A DNA stretch of 55,068 nucleotides. It comes from Octopus bimaculoides (Eukaryota). The notes below the pieces were generated by a model. It was given only the letters and a program-made list of their open reading frames with translations. It was not told where the DNA came from and made no database searches. A program made the position numbers and the translations under genes. The stretch is taken from the NCBI RefSeq assembly GCF_001194135.2, contig NC_068982.1, positions 103,844,976-103,900,043 of the forward strand, written 5' to 3'. Positions 12,054 through 25,500 of the stretch are shown here, one piece after another (the first letter of the stretch is position 1; every line of letters begins with the position of its first letter).

Positions 12054-13498
12054 CTAGCAAACGTCCCCTGTCCACTAGACGGTTTGTATAAGTGAAGAGG
12101 GTTAACTTGGACGGTGTTAAGTTGTGGAGATGTTTGGTAATTGTATGGGGTTGTTACTTTTGGTTTGGACATTAAAGATTCCTGAGACGTTAAAACTCTT
12201 GACTGTTTCTTCTAAAGAAGGAAAATTGATTGATAGTGTATCTTAACACAGTGAACCTTTCCAAAATTGTCATGAGGCCAATAAAATGAAGGAAAGGTGT
12301 TCAGCCCACAATATATACAACTTCCAGTGGAATTGGACATCATAATTAACCTTAAACTTTTTGCTCTCAAACACTTTCACATGAGGATAAGCACAATGTA
12401 CTCTTCCATATTACATACCTCATATTGATACCTATACGTCAGACTGAACGCTATTTTATCTCCAAAGTGAATATTGCAAGTGATATTTAAGCAATAAACT
12501 GTTCTTTGGTTTTTGAATTTGACGACTGTTACTTTACATATTTTATTTCGCTTTTCCCTGGCGTAGTGGTAAGAACTATGGGATAAGTAACATTGGTTTC
12601 AAATGAAAATATAAATGTAAGTTTTAATCACCCGATGGACAGGCAAACAGAAACTGCTACTCAACAAAGATGCAAAAATGCTTAGGGAAGTCTCTCTTCT
12701 CTCAAAAACTTACACAAAAAGAGTTGAAATTCAGGAGTGAAATAACACAATGTGAAATAAAATAACATAAGGCATGTTCTTTGCAAATCAATTTTATCTC
12801 AAAATTGAACAACACTGCTTATTTTTTTAAGTTGGATGAGAAACGTTAGGTAAAGTTTTAGATGTAAACCCCCAAATTTTTCACATTTTATAAGCAATCA
12901 ATTCGTCTTTTCTACTTTCAATTGAATTTTGTTGAGAATATCTTCAGAAAATTAAGTAATCACCAGTTATATATTTGCTTTATTTTCACTTTTTTGCTTA
13001 CTTAAAGTAACTGCCTTTTCCTAGTAGTTTTTCATGTCAGCTAGTTTATTGCACAGAAAACAGCCGTAAGAACACATATAACTGCGAATGCTTGTGGTTG
13101 ATTACAGTTAATTAAAGTCAGAGTGATATCAATTTTTTTAGTTGCTAACAAACGTGTGAAAACACAGAAATGAATATAGTTGTTTGTGGTCAAATATTTA
13201 AAACAAAATGAGACTGTATTTACAAACAGCAAGCTTTATTTACATATATCTGTCATTAAAATGTGAAAACGTAGAAATGAATTGTTTAGAACATCGGTTA
13301 ATGAAAAAGATGACAGAAGAAACAGGACAAAAAGATTACAAAAATAGCGATTCTCACTTTGAAACTGACAATTTTGAAAATCTTTTTAGATTACGGAATA
13401 CCTTGCTTTCTCATGTATCCATGTTTAAAATTTCAGCGTGATTGGATGAACAATACTCAAGAGTTATAAGTGCACAAAAAACAGACAGACAGAATGGG

Positions 13499-13529
<31 letters not shown>

Positions 13530-13532
13530 AGA
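12054..13532 (-). mobile_element. Non-autonomous Helitron-like element, about 1.48 kb
   Basis: Minus strand begins A|TCTTATATATA...aaatcccattctgtctgtctg and ends with an imperfect hairpin (12068-12082), then CTAG (12057-12054), then T. No coding capacity seen. Confidence 0.65.
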
Positions 13533-13533
13533 T

Positions 13534-13750
13534 ACATATATATATGTATATATTTATGTGTGTGTCTTTGTGTCTGTGCTTGTCTCCCCACCACCACCAT
13601 CGCTTGTCAACTGATGTTAGTGTGTTTACGTCACCATAACTTAGCACTTCACGAAAGAGACCAATAGAATAAGTACTAGACTTACAAAGAATAAGTCCTC
13701 AGGTTGATTTCTTTGGCTAAAATCCCCTTAAGGTGATGCTCCAGCATGTA
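13534..13750 (+). mobile_element. SINE family A, 3' half
   Basis: Starts at the family's internal microsatellite and continues as in 36200-36375. Confidence 0.75.
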
Positions 13751-14222
13751 AAACATGTATCACACAAGTAAGGATATTTTCTTCTATGATTCTAGGTCTT
13801 TTTTCTTTTTTTTTTTTTTGTTGCAAGTTAGGGGTGTAGGGTCAGCTCCTTGACATTTGTCTTTTATCTTTTACTTGCTTCAGTCATTGGACTGCAGCCA
13901 TACTGGAGCACTGCCTTGATGGATTTTAGTCAAACAAATCGACTTCAATATTTATTTTTAAGCCTGGTTCTTATTCTATCAGTCTCTTTTACCATACTGC
14001 TAAGTAAGTAAACAAACACCTGTTGCCAAGTAGTGGTGGGCACCCCCACCCCCACACACATGATAGGCTTCCATACAATTTTTATCTAAACAATAGTTTA
14101 GAGTAACCCATCAGATTACTATAAAATTTTTTTAATTATAATTGAACATAAAAGCAAACATTAAAAAAGAACTATATATATATATATAAGTGCATATATA
14201 TATATATGTGTGTGTGTGTGCA

Positions 14223-14275
<53 letters not shown>

Positions 14276-14440
14276 NNNNNNNNNNAGAGAGAGAGAGAGA
14301 GTGACTGACAGGCAGACAGACAGATAGATAGATAGATAGATAGATAGATAAGAAGTAACATGGATATTTAACAGAATGTTAACTTGATAAATAAGATAAA
14401 TAGATTGATGAAAAGGTCTAACTTTGTATTCGTTTCAATA

Positions 14441-14551
14441 TCATGCATCAGCAGCAGCTATTTCTGCAAAACTTGGGCAAGGAACATGTGGTACTTCATA
14501 ATGGATATTTGGTATTATATTGCCATCCTTATCACTTGTAATGTCTGTCGA
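14441..14551 (-). CDS. Terminal coding exon [36 protein letters not shown]
   Basis: Acceptor ttattatttacag, phase 0; only this frame is long. Confidence 0.6.
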   Translation of the reverse strand, partial: STDITSDKDGNIIPNIHYEVPHVPCPSFAEIAAADA

Positions 14552-17500
14552 CTGTAAATAATAATAGTACATATCATTTATAATAAAGTTAAACAGAACA
14601 AATTTATCGAAGTTATGTTTGCTGCTAAATCATATTTCCAATTTTTCTTAAACTACTTTGGCATATTATTTGCATATCCATGAAGATGTAATTTGGAGGA
14701 ATGGTGTATGTTGGGAAAAAACTGTGCTACAAGTTGATAGTAGAGAGTATATGAAGTAGTGTCAAGCTAATGAAGAATCTGGTGCAGTGAAGTGGCTCAA
14801 CTAGAACTTCATAAATAAGGAAATCCACAGTAAAGGTCTATCTAAAAGGAGCATGGAAATCAGACATTAAATTGATAGGGAGAGGTGGAGCAATGATGAT
14901 GATGATGGTGTTGTAGCAAACTCATTAGAGGCGGAGAGAGAATGTAAGTTCGTTTGCCCGAACGTGAGAAATTATTGATTTCTCATTGGTTAAAAATTAC
15001 TGCCCATATACAAATTCTGAACTTCATTGAAGAAGTCTTTCACGGGGTTACGGTTCTATGATTCGTGTATGAGTAGTTATAAAAACCCTGATTTTCAGAA
15101 AACTCTCCAGTGATCGTTGGATTGCCACTCGAATCCACAACACTCACTCAAGTGATCGTTGGACCGCCACTCAAATCCACGACACTCACCCTCTTGAGTA
15201 TTGGCTAATATTTATGCCATGTTCAATAGTGTTAATGATGATGATGATGATGATAATGAAGACAATGATGATGACAGTGGTATGGACAAGCATACATTTT
15301 TGATTTTTAACTGTTTATTGGACTCTGTAAATTCAGTAAAACACGTTTAGTAATGTGCTAGTACTAACGTTGACAATAATAATTCTTTATTCTACAGACA
15401 CAAGGCTTGAAATTTATGGAGAGGGGTCAAGTTGTTTACATTGATCCAGTGGTCAACTGTTATTTATGTTATTAATGCCGAAAGGATGAAAAGCAAAGTC
15501 AACCTTGGAGGAATTTAAACTCAGAATGTTAAGCTGGAAAAAATGTTGTTAAGCATTTTGTCCAGCATGCTAATGATTCTGCCAGTTCACCACCTTCATA
15601 ATGATGATAATGATAAAAACAATAACATAACAATTAATAATGATTACTATTGGTGGAGTGGAGGTGCAATGGCCTAGTGGTTAGGGCAGTGGACTCGCGG
15701 CTATAGGATCGTGGTTTCGATTCCCAGACCGGGCATTGTGAGTGTTTATTGAGCAAAAGACACCTAAAGCTCCACGAGGCTCTGGCAGGGGATGGTGGCG
15801 AACCCTGCTGTAATCTTCCACCACAACTTTCTCTCACTCTTACTTCCTGTTTCTATTGTGCCTGTAATTCAAAGGGTCAGCCTTGTCACACTGTGTCACG
15901 CTGAATATCCCTGAGAACTACGTTAAGGGTACACGTGTCTGTGGAGTGCTCAGCCACTTGCACGTTAATTTCACAAGCAGGCTGTTCCGTTGATCGGATC
16001 AACTGGAACCCTCAACATCGTAACCGACAACAACAACAACAACAACTATTGGTGGAAGGTAGAATCGACAGAGTAATCAACTAAATGGTTTGTCGTATTT
16101 AGTTACATCCCTTACAGTTCTAAGTTTGTCTCCTACTGAAGGTGACTTTTCCTTTCATCCTTTTTACTCAATGAAATATGAACCAGTTAAGTAATAAGTT
16201 CAAGTGAATGAAAGGATCCTTCCTCTGAAAATTTGTGGTCTTGTGCAAAGAGTGTGGGCAAAAATGCTTTGCAGTATTTATTCTGGCTATTTATGTTCTA
16301 AGTTCAAATCCCACTGAGGTTAACTTACCTTTTCATACTTTCACCATTATCACCATCATCATCATTCAATGTCTTGTCTGTTGTGGCATTGTTTCTATGG
16401 CTAGATGCCCCTCTGGGTGCTTTTTATGTGTCACCATCACGGTGACAGCACTGACATGGGTACGTTAATGTAGCACTAGCACATGTGCTTTTTAAGTGGC
16501 ACTGGCATCTGATGGGACAAGCCTGACTGTGTGGAAGACAGCGATTTTACTTAGCTTGATATGTCTTATCAAATCACCACATCTCCTGGTCCCTTAAAAT
16601 TTCCTCAGTGAGGCCCAGCATCCAAAGATCCTTTCTCACCATTTTATCTCATGTCTTCCTGGGCTGTTGTTGTTGGCACTCCGTCGCTTATGACGCCGAG
16701 GGTTCCAGTTGATCTGATCAACAGAACAGCCTGCTCATGAAATTAACGTGCAAGTAGCTGAGCACTCCACAGACACATGTACCCTTAACGTAGTTCTCGG
16801 GGATATTCAGCGTGACACAGTGTGACAAGGCTGACCCTTTGAATTACAGGCACAACAGAAACAGGAAGTAAGAGTGAGAGAAAGTTGTGGTGGAAGAGTA
16901 CAGCAGGGTTCGCCACCATCCCCTGCTGGAGTCTTGTGGAGCTTTAGGTATTTTTGCTCAATAAACACTCACAACACCCGGTCTGGGAATCGAAACCGCG
17001 ATCTTATGACCGCGAGTCCGCTGCCCTAACCACTGGGCCATTGCGCCTCCACCTTCCTGGGTACCCTCCACAATTAAAGCTCAGCACTTCTTTACATAGC
17101 TGTCCTCCTGCATACACAATGCAACTGTCCTCATAAAATACCAGTCAAAAATAGAATCAATTCAATTGACTAACCTTTCCCTAAAATTTCTGGTCTTGTG
17201 TCAAAATAAGAGGCAATTAAGGTAGTGGATCGCAAAATCAATATAATGGTGGATTAAATACATGTATTTAATTTTTAGTTCAATTCTTACTTAGTCATCT
17301 TTCTGGGACCATTAAAATAGGTACTACTCTAGTACTGAACTCAATTAAATAGACTATAAATGAAGGTAAGCTGAAAAGTTCATAAGCTGACTATGAAGGA
17401 GTGATGTTAGAGTTGTGAAACTTGGCATTTACTAATCTTAACTTTTCTTATTAATAACTGCATTGTTTCTTTCCATGTAAAGAACACTTCAAAAGTAATT

Positions 17501-20500
17501 CGTAGTAACTTCTCTTGAAAATGGACAAATTTTGGCATCATAGTGTTATCAAGTACTTGGACATTCATGCTGACATGGTTGCTATATTAGGGGAGGATGC
17601 TCCAGTTTTGTCAACAGTGGAAAAGTGAGCAGCTGAATTAAGAGAAACATCAGTCTTGAAGATGACTCAAGGTATGGACGTCCTACAACTGCCACCACCA
17701 AGGAAAACATTGACTGTGTTCACCACAAGGTGATGATGGATAACAGCATTTGACTATAAATCAAATAGTCAATATTATTAGCATATCTCATGAGAGAGTT
17801 GAGAATATTCTGCTTGGTGGGTGCCATGTTTTCTGATACCTGATCAAAAGCACATCAGGTTGATTACATCACAGGTGAAAATCTGACATTGTTTGAGGCA
17901 ACTCCAGCTGGTTTCCTTGAGTTATTCCTAACTCAGAATGAGGGTTGGCTTCATCACTTTGAGTCAGAGACAAAGAGACAATCCATGCAATAGAAATAAA
18001 CCTCCTCACCAACTCCAAAGAAGGCTAAAGTCATGGAAGGTGTTGGCCTCAGTTTTTTGGGGATGCAAAAGGCATTGTGTTTATTGATTATCTTCAAAAG
18101 GGCCACACTATCAATGGAGAGTACTATGGCAATTTTCTGAGGCAGTTACAATGGGCTATCAAGACCAAATGCCTAGGAGAGCTGATGAAAGGGTTTTGTT
18201 TCGTGAGGACAATGCTCCAGCACAAAAATCCTTGCTTTCAATGGCTGTTGTGCATGACTGTGGCTTTGAACTGGCTAACCACCTTCCCTATTTGGCCCCA
18301 TCTGACTATCATCTGTTCCCCAATATGAAAAAACACTTGGCCAAGAAGCAGTATCACAGTGATGATGTCATGTCTGTTATTGATGTCTTTTTTTATCAAC
18401 AAGATGAAAACTTCTTCACTAATGGGATCCAAATACTTCAACGCCAATGGAAGAAATGTGTGGACCACAAGAAAGACTATGTTGAAAAATAAACCTCATT
18501 TGGTCACATCCTATGAGAGTATTTTAGTCAGCCTGTGAACTTTCCAGCTGACCCTTGTACATTGCCCAAAATTCTGGAGATGTTTAACTGTGTTATAAAG
18601 TATTAAGTATGTATTGATACAATTTTTCAAGTAATTGGTAAATGAAATATTGAGACTTAACTGTTCCTTAAATATATAGATTCATTCTTAATTCATTTTG
18701 TGAAGAGAAGCATCACTATATATTAAACTGAAATTTCAAAACTACTTACACATAATTTGACTTGCATAGGCTGCTCTTTGGCAGGAAGATGGTTTGTTAT
18801 CTGGAATTTAAATAAAAAGAAAGAAGAAATCAATAAAGTGTGGCATTTTGTTTCGATAAATTGATTAATTTAATGCTTCCATAACTCAGTAAGAAATTCT
18901 TTGGACATTCTTTGTATATCATAAAAGAAGTAGTACCTCCCTTTTAACACATATGTCATTGGAGGATTTAAGTTCATAATGACAGGTTAAAATACACCTG
19001 AACACCACAGTACTTAATACTAGACACTAGAAATATAAAAAGTAAATGTCCTCAAAATCCATAAAAAAAGAAGTTGTTCATAAGACAAGAAATTAACTCT
19101 GACCACTTCAAAGTGGGTGAAAGATAAATATCTTCTTGGCTAGGACATTAGTTTATGACAGTATACTTTTTGAATATCCTTGGCAAAGATCACCTTGTTG
19201 CAAGAATCTGGACCATCACCCCAGTTACCACTTTCTGTCCTTGGTTTTTCCTACATACATAAACTTGCAGAGATGTTTAGCTTAGGTGGGCATCAACCAC
19301 TTCAATCTCACCTGCCTGAGAGCTTGTAATGGTCCAGGGCTCTGTTCCTAATCTTTTGACTAATGTATTAAGAATAATTAACATTTATAGAATAATAAGC
19401 TCAGGAAATGAAGCATATGAAGTAAAGTGTTCTTTCCTGATATGTCCTGAGATGTGAACTTATGATTTTTCTGTTTTCTTCTACCTTTCTTGTAATATAT
19501 CAAAAGAAAAAAAGAATTGTCGTTTCCCTAAATGCAAATGGATAACTAGATCTTTATAAGTATAAGTCAATCAATACTGCTGAATCTTAACACTTTATAG
19601 GCCAAAGGGAAGCACTAATAACATCAACATTTTGTTCTAAGTGTTTAGAAACTAAATACAGTGGAGAAGTTTCTAGATATTTTACCAGATTCGCAGAAGG
19701 ATTTAAGATCTGAACTCACTATAATAAGATAATGAAATATTTGTCAAATTTGCAATCCTTCTGGACTCAATAGCAATGAAGTGTACCTTAACAACATTCC
19801 TATTAGAGATAGATACATTGAACTGTTGAGAGTTACTTGCTTTTACCATGAACACAATAAGCATTGTGCAATTGATAATGGTATAAGCCATCAACTTGGT
19901 AAATACATTACTGTCCTGTTAAAGGAGCCAGTTACAACAATTAATGAAGAGAGTCAAAGGCTCTTACAAAATACAGAATCTGATATATTCAACACACAAA
20001 TTAACTACCACAGTTTACAATGTTACGGATGAAATAAAGAGAAAAACTTACTTTATATGTTATTCCTGCATGGTGCATCATGCATGACTGTCTTTGTAGA
20101 GTCTGGCGTGTGTACATTTCATTCCTAAGGGCATTGTAGCTATACATCAGAAGAAGAAAGAGAAGTTAGTTGAATTTATTTAACATCAACATATCAACCA
20201 ATACAAATTTAAAATAATATACCAATACATATTTTAAAATAAACAACTCCACCCAATGATCATTATATACAATGCCCTATAAATTCTAGATTCACAGCAT
20301 ACCTAGTGGTATCTATCTCCTCTCTAGCCATTGTTTACTTTTGGCTTCTCTGCAAGCTCTTCTGCCCTTTGACAGATTCTATTTTAAATTCTATTTGGCA
20401 CCCATATACCCTCCTCATGTAATAAATTGGGTAGAGGGTACCAATTTTGTCACCAACCACTTAGCTGTGAATCAGATTGTACTGGGTTACATGCCACAAA

Positions 20501-22527
20501 ATAATCTTTGGTTGGTGTATTGGTCATATATGGGTGGTGAATTCTCTGTCAATTTTAGCAATCAGCACTCATTTTCTCAACCAACTATATTTTTACTTGT
20601 GAAATTAATGTGTTAACAACTGAGTATTCCACAGCTATCTGTACCCTTAACACAATTCTTAGACTGATGCACTCAGCATGACATGATGTTGCAAGGTTCG
20701 ACCTCTGAAATACAGGCACAATTCAGAAAGAGAGAGAGAGAGAAAAGAATCAAATTCAGTTCTGGACTGACACTTTATCTAGTGACTACCAGAGAAGGAA
20801 AGACAAGGTTGATCTCAGTGGGATTTAAACTCAGAGTGAAGGAAGCTGAAGCCAGTATCTTAAGGCAGAGGCTGCTATATGCTACTTAAATTCATTTGGT
20901 GACAATCTTGGATTCTAGAAAGTAGTATATAGAATTCATATCTTTCTAAAGTATATTAGTAATTGTTAGTAAAGTTATTTCAACTAAGAATCAAAACTTG
21001 AGTGCATATTTCACACACCAAGGAATATATTGTAATCCCAAGATACCAATAACAGATAAGTACCAATTCATAATGGTCATACTGGAAATATAATTAAACT
21101 GAAACTTTTGAGCTTAAGAAAATAGTCTCAAGTATACCTATGTTGGAGAATTTGGATCTTTTTCTCATAGAAATTTGTTTTGCTATACCCCATATCCGGT
21201 ACATCAGTGAGTGTACTGAAAAAGAGTATTCAAAAAAGAAATTTTTTGTTATGAATTGTTTAAAATTTCATTACTTTATATTCAATAAAAAATATACTTA
21301 TTATCATTTTATATGAATTTTAACTTGAAACTTTGGTGGAAGAACATGTCCCACAAGACACACACCACAGTTTCAGATGCAATAGAACCTAATCTATCTG
21401 AAGAAACCAGATTGTTTTACTTTGCCATTGTGAACTACTTCTCCATATTGATAGTCTTCAGAAATTGTAAAAGGATGTTGGAATCTTTGTACTGAGACTT
21501 TTATAGAGATGAATAAAGTTGATTGTAAATAAGAATAAATGCAGTAATACCTCAAAAATGCAAACTCTCAGGTGTCATATGTATGTATGTATGTATGTAT
21601 GTATGTGTGGAGGCGCAATGGCCCAGTGGTTAGGGCAGCGGACTCGTGGTCATAGGATCGCAGTTTCGATTCCCAGACCGGGTGTTGTGAGTGTTTATTG
21701 AGCGAAAAACACCTAAAGCTCCACCATCCGGCAGGGGATGGTGGCTGACCCTGCTGTACTCTTTCACCACAACTTTCTCTCACTCATACTTCCTGTTTCT
21801 GTTGTACCTGTAATTCAAAGGGTCAGCCTTGTCACACTCTGTGTCACACTGAATATCCCTGAGAACTACGTTAAGGGTACATGTGTCTGTGGAGTGCTCA
21901 GCCACTTGCACGTTAATTTCATGAGCAGGCTGTTCCGTTGATCGGATCAACTGGAACCCTCGACGTCATAAGCGACGGAGTGCCAACAACAACAAATGTA
22001 TGTATGTATGTATGTATGTATGCATGTATGCATGCATGCACTGAAAGAACAGTTGGAAGTTGATCCAGATCTTTTTTCGAAGGTCATCACTGGTGACAAA
22101 AAGCTGGTGCTACGGAATTTGTAGATGTGAAAGAGGAGGAGAAAAAAAAACAATGGAGGCGTTAAAAGGCATCACCTTGCAAGAGTTCCAGGACTGCTTT
22201 CAAAAGTGGAAAATGCATCTGAATAGTGGAAAATTGCTTCAAATGGAGAAAACTTTGAAGGTGATAAAAGTGTGTAAACATGTAAAACTAAGTGAATAAA
22301 ATAATATTGCAAAATTGTGGTTTCTGTTGGGTACCCCCTTGTATGTATCGATGTATGTATATCTCTTTTACTTGTTTCAGTCATTTGACTGCGGCCATGC
22401 TGGAGCACCACCTTTAGTTGAGCAAATCGACCCCAGGACTTATTCTTTGTCAGCCTAGTACTTATTCTATTGGTCTCTTTTGTCGAACTGCTATCGGTTG
22501 TCAAGCAATGCTAGGGGACAAACACAG

Positions 22528-22566
<39 letters not shown>

Positions 22567-25500
22567 CATATATACGACGGGCTTCTTTCAGTTTCCGTCT
22601 ACCAAATCCACTCACAAGGCTTTGGTCGGCTCGAAGCTATAGCAGAAGACACTTGCCCAAGATGCCACGCAGTGGGACTGAACCCGGAACCATGTGGTTG
22701 GTAAGCAAGCTACTTACCACACAGCCATTATATATAAAAGTAGAATTTTATGCCATCCTGTTGATGAATCCATCTCTTTAAATCTTGCACTTCTAATAAT
22801 CCTTTACTACCCATTACATATAAACTCTTCATTATAAGGTCTGAGTGATTACAGAACTTTCTGTCCATGATTGTATCTTCAATGATACACTAACTGCTAA
22901 TTATTATATTAACCATACCAATGATCACAAACAACCACTCATATTCTCCTAAATTGACAGAACTTCACAATTAACAGTAATGTGAAAAATAAAGAAAACA
23001 ACTCTACTCTTTTATTTGTTTCAGTCATTTGACTGCGGCCATGCTGGAGCACTGCCTTTAGTCGAGTAAATCAACCCCAGGACTTATTCTAGTAAACCTA
23101 GTACTTATTCTATCGGTTTCTTTTGCCGAACCACTAAGTTACGGGGACCTTAACACACCAGCATCGGTTGTCAAGCGATGCTGGGGGGACAAACACAGAC
23201 ATACAAACATATATATATATATACATATATACGATGGGTTTCTTTTAGTTTCCGTCTACCAAATTCACTCACAAGGCTTTGGTTAGCTCGAGGCTATAGT
23301 AGAAGACACTTGCCCAAGGTGCCATGCAGTGGGACTGAACCCAGGACCATGTCATTGGTGAGCAAGCTACTTACCACACAGCTACTCCAAGAAAATTTAA
23401 ATAATTTTTCATGCTAATGAAGTTAAAGAATGAAACGTACCACTCCTTTATAATTTTATATTTTTTTCTTGGTTCAATCATGCGACTTTGTTCCAGGACT
23501 CTAATTTTCCGAAAAAGATCCTTGTTTTGTTCAATAAGCTAAAAATAAAATAAAGTTATTTACTTCGTAAAAATTACTTTTTAATTGCTGGGTCTGAGGG
23601 AAGAAGTGCTTATAGCTTTTGAAATGCCTTCAAGGGATTGGCACAGTTGACATCATTAACATTTTACATAAACTATCACAAGACAACACTTGCATGGAAA
23701 TATAGGGAGAAAGTTAGAGAGTGTCAATGTTCTGAGGATGAAGAATTGGGTTTTATGCATGGTGCAGGGATGTTAAACAAAATATGGTAGATTAGGGGAA
23801 GACGAGAAAAGTGAGCTAAGAGTGACTGAGACTAGCCTAGCCAGCTTGCAGGGAGCAGTGACCATTTATTGTTGTTTGTTGGCACTCTGTCGCTTACGAC
23901 TACGAGGCTTCCAGTTGATCCGATCAACGGAACAGCCTGCTCGTGAGATTAACATGCAAGTGGCTGAGCAGTCCACAGACACGTGTACCCTTAACGTAGT
24001 TCTCAGGGATATTCAGCGTGATACAGAGTGTGACAAGGCTGACCCTTTGAATTACAGGCACAACAGAAACAGGAAGTAAAAGTGAGAGAAAGTTGTGGTG
24101 GAAGAGTACAGCAGGGTTCGCCACCATCCCCTGCCGGAGCCTCATGGAGCTTTAGGTGTTTTCGCTCAATAAACACTCACAACGCCTGGTTTGGGAATCG
24201 AAACCGCGATCTTATGACCGCGAGTCCGCTGCCCTAACCACTGGGCCATTGCGCCTCCATGACCATTTATAGTAGCAGTAGAAAAGACAGAGAAAGGTGA
24301 CAACATGTATGTAGGCCAGTGGCTGGAGCATATCTTAGATGTGGATAGAATTATATTGAAAAGGAGATAAAACAGAAAGTTATTCAATGGGTTATTAACT
24401 TCATTTGGGTATGTTTTGTTTGAATTTATAGCAAAACACTATTTTGATTGGTTAAAATTCTCTGGCTAACTTCAATTTCTATCTCTTGTTACATATTAGT
24501 GAAATAGTGAAGAAATATCAAGAGAAGGAGAATAAAGAAATGGATAAATTGGGAACACAAAGGGATAAACACTGTTTATTAAAAGTATGCACAGAATGGT
24601 CTAAGGATTGAAAAGGGAGGTAGGGAGGGAGAGGGGGGAGAAGAGAGAGGCAAGGAGGAGAAGGGGAGAGAAAGAGAGAGTAGAGAGAGCGAGAGAGGGG
24701 AGAGAGAGAGAAAGAGAGGGAGATAGAGAAAGAGAGGGAGAGAGAGAGGGAGAGAGAGAAAGAGAAAGAGAGGGAGAGAGAGAAAGAGAAAGAGAGGGAG
24801 AGAGAAAGAGTGCAAGAAAGAAAGAGTGAGAGAGAGAAAGAAAGGGGATGTAGGAGGGGGAGGGAGAGGTATGTGGGAGGAGAGGGAGGGAGAGGTATGT
24901 GGGAGGAGAGGGAGGGAGATATGGGAAGAGGAGGTTACTTAGCCCGTCTGTAATGCTTTCATGTGATTAGTTGAAGGGAAAGGTGAAGAGCGAAAAAAAG
25001 GTGAGAGAAAAAGAGGGTAAGGCAAAGAGTGAGAGGGAAAGCGGGAGAGTGTTGTGTATTAGGTCTATAAAATTGTGCATAAAGTATATAAAGTGTATAT
25101 ATATATATAAAGTGCATTATGTAGTCATCATATTCCAATTTCCTTCACTTTTCAATGATTAGCAGATGAGTGACTATCTTTTGATACAGACAGAACACAG
25201 GCTATGCTATCAGGTTTTTTGGATTAAGTTTTCAGAAATAATCTTATATTTCGTATGTGTATTTGGTGTGCAAGATTCTTGATGTGGATACGTGTATTGA
25301 AAGAAATACAATTAAACCTTGGGAGAGGCATTATGCCGGTAATAAACACACGCACTGGTTCAGTCCTTTATTAATTTATAAACAGTATATAGTTTTTTGT
25401 TAAATCATTTCATTGCACTCTTGCAATCTATCAGCATAATGCCTCTCCCAAGGTTTAATTGAATAATCTTATAAGTTTACCATTAATTTTGTGAAATATT

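Noticed and set aside
19480-20032. Overlapping ORFs 19703-19894 (-) and 19781-20032 (+), and a candidate exon near 19500
   Set aside because: Not needed for the exon chain, and the phases do not lead cleanly to the terminal exon; typical chance ORFs in AT-rich DNA.
24579-24829. E/R/G-rich and L/S-rich ORFs
   Set aside because: Polypurine microsatellite.
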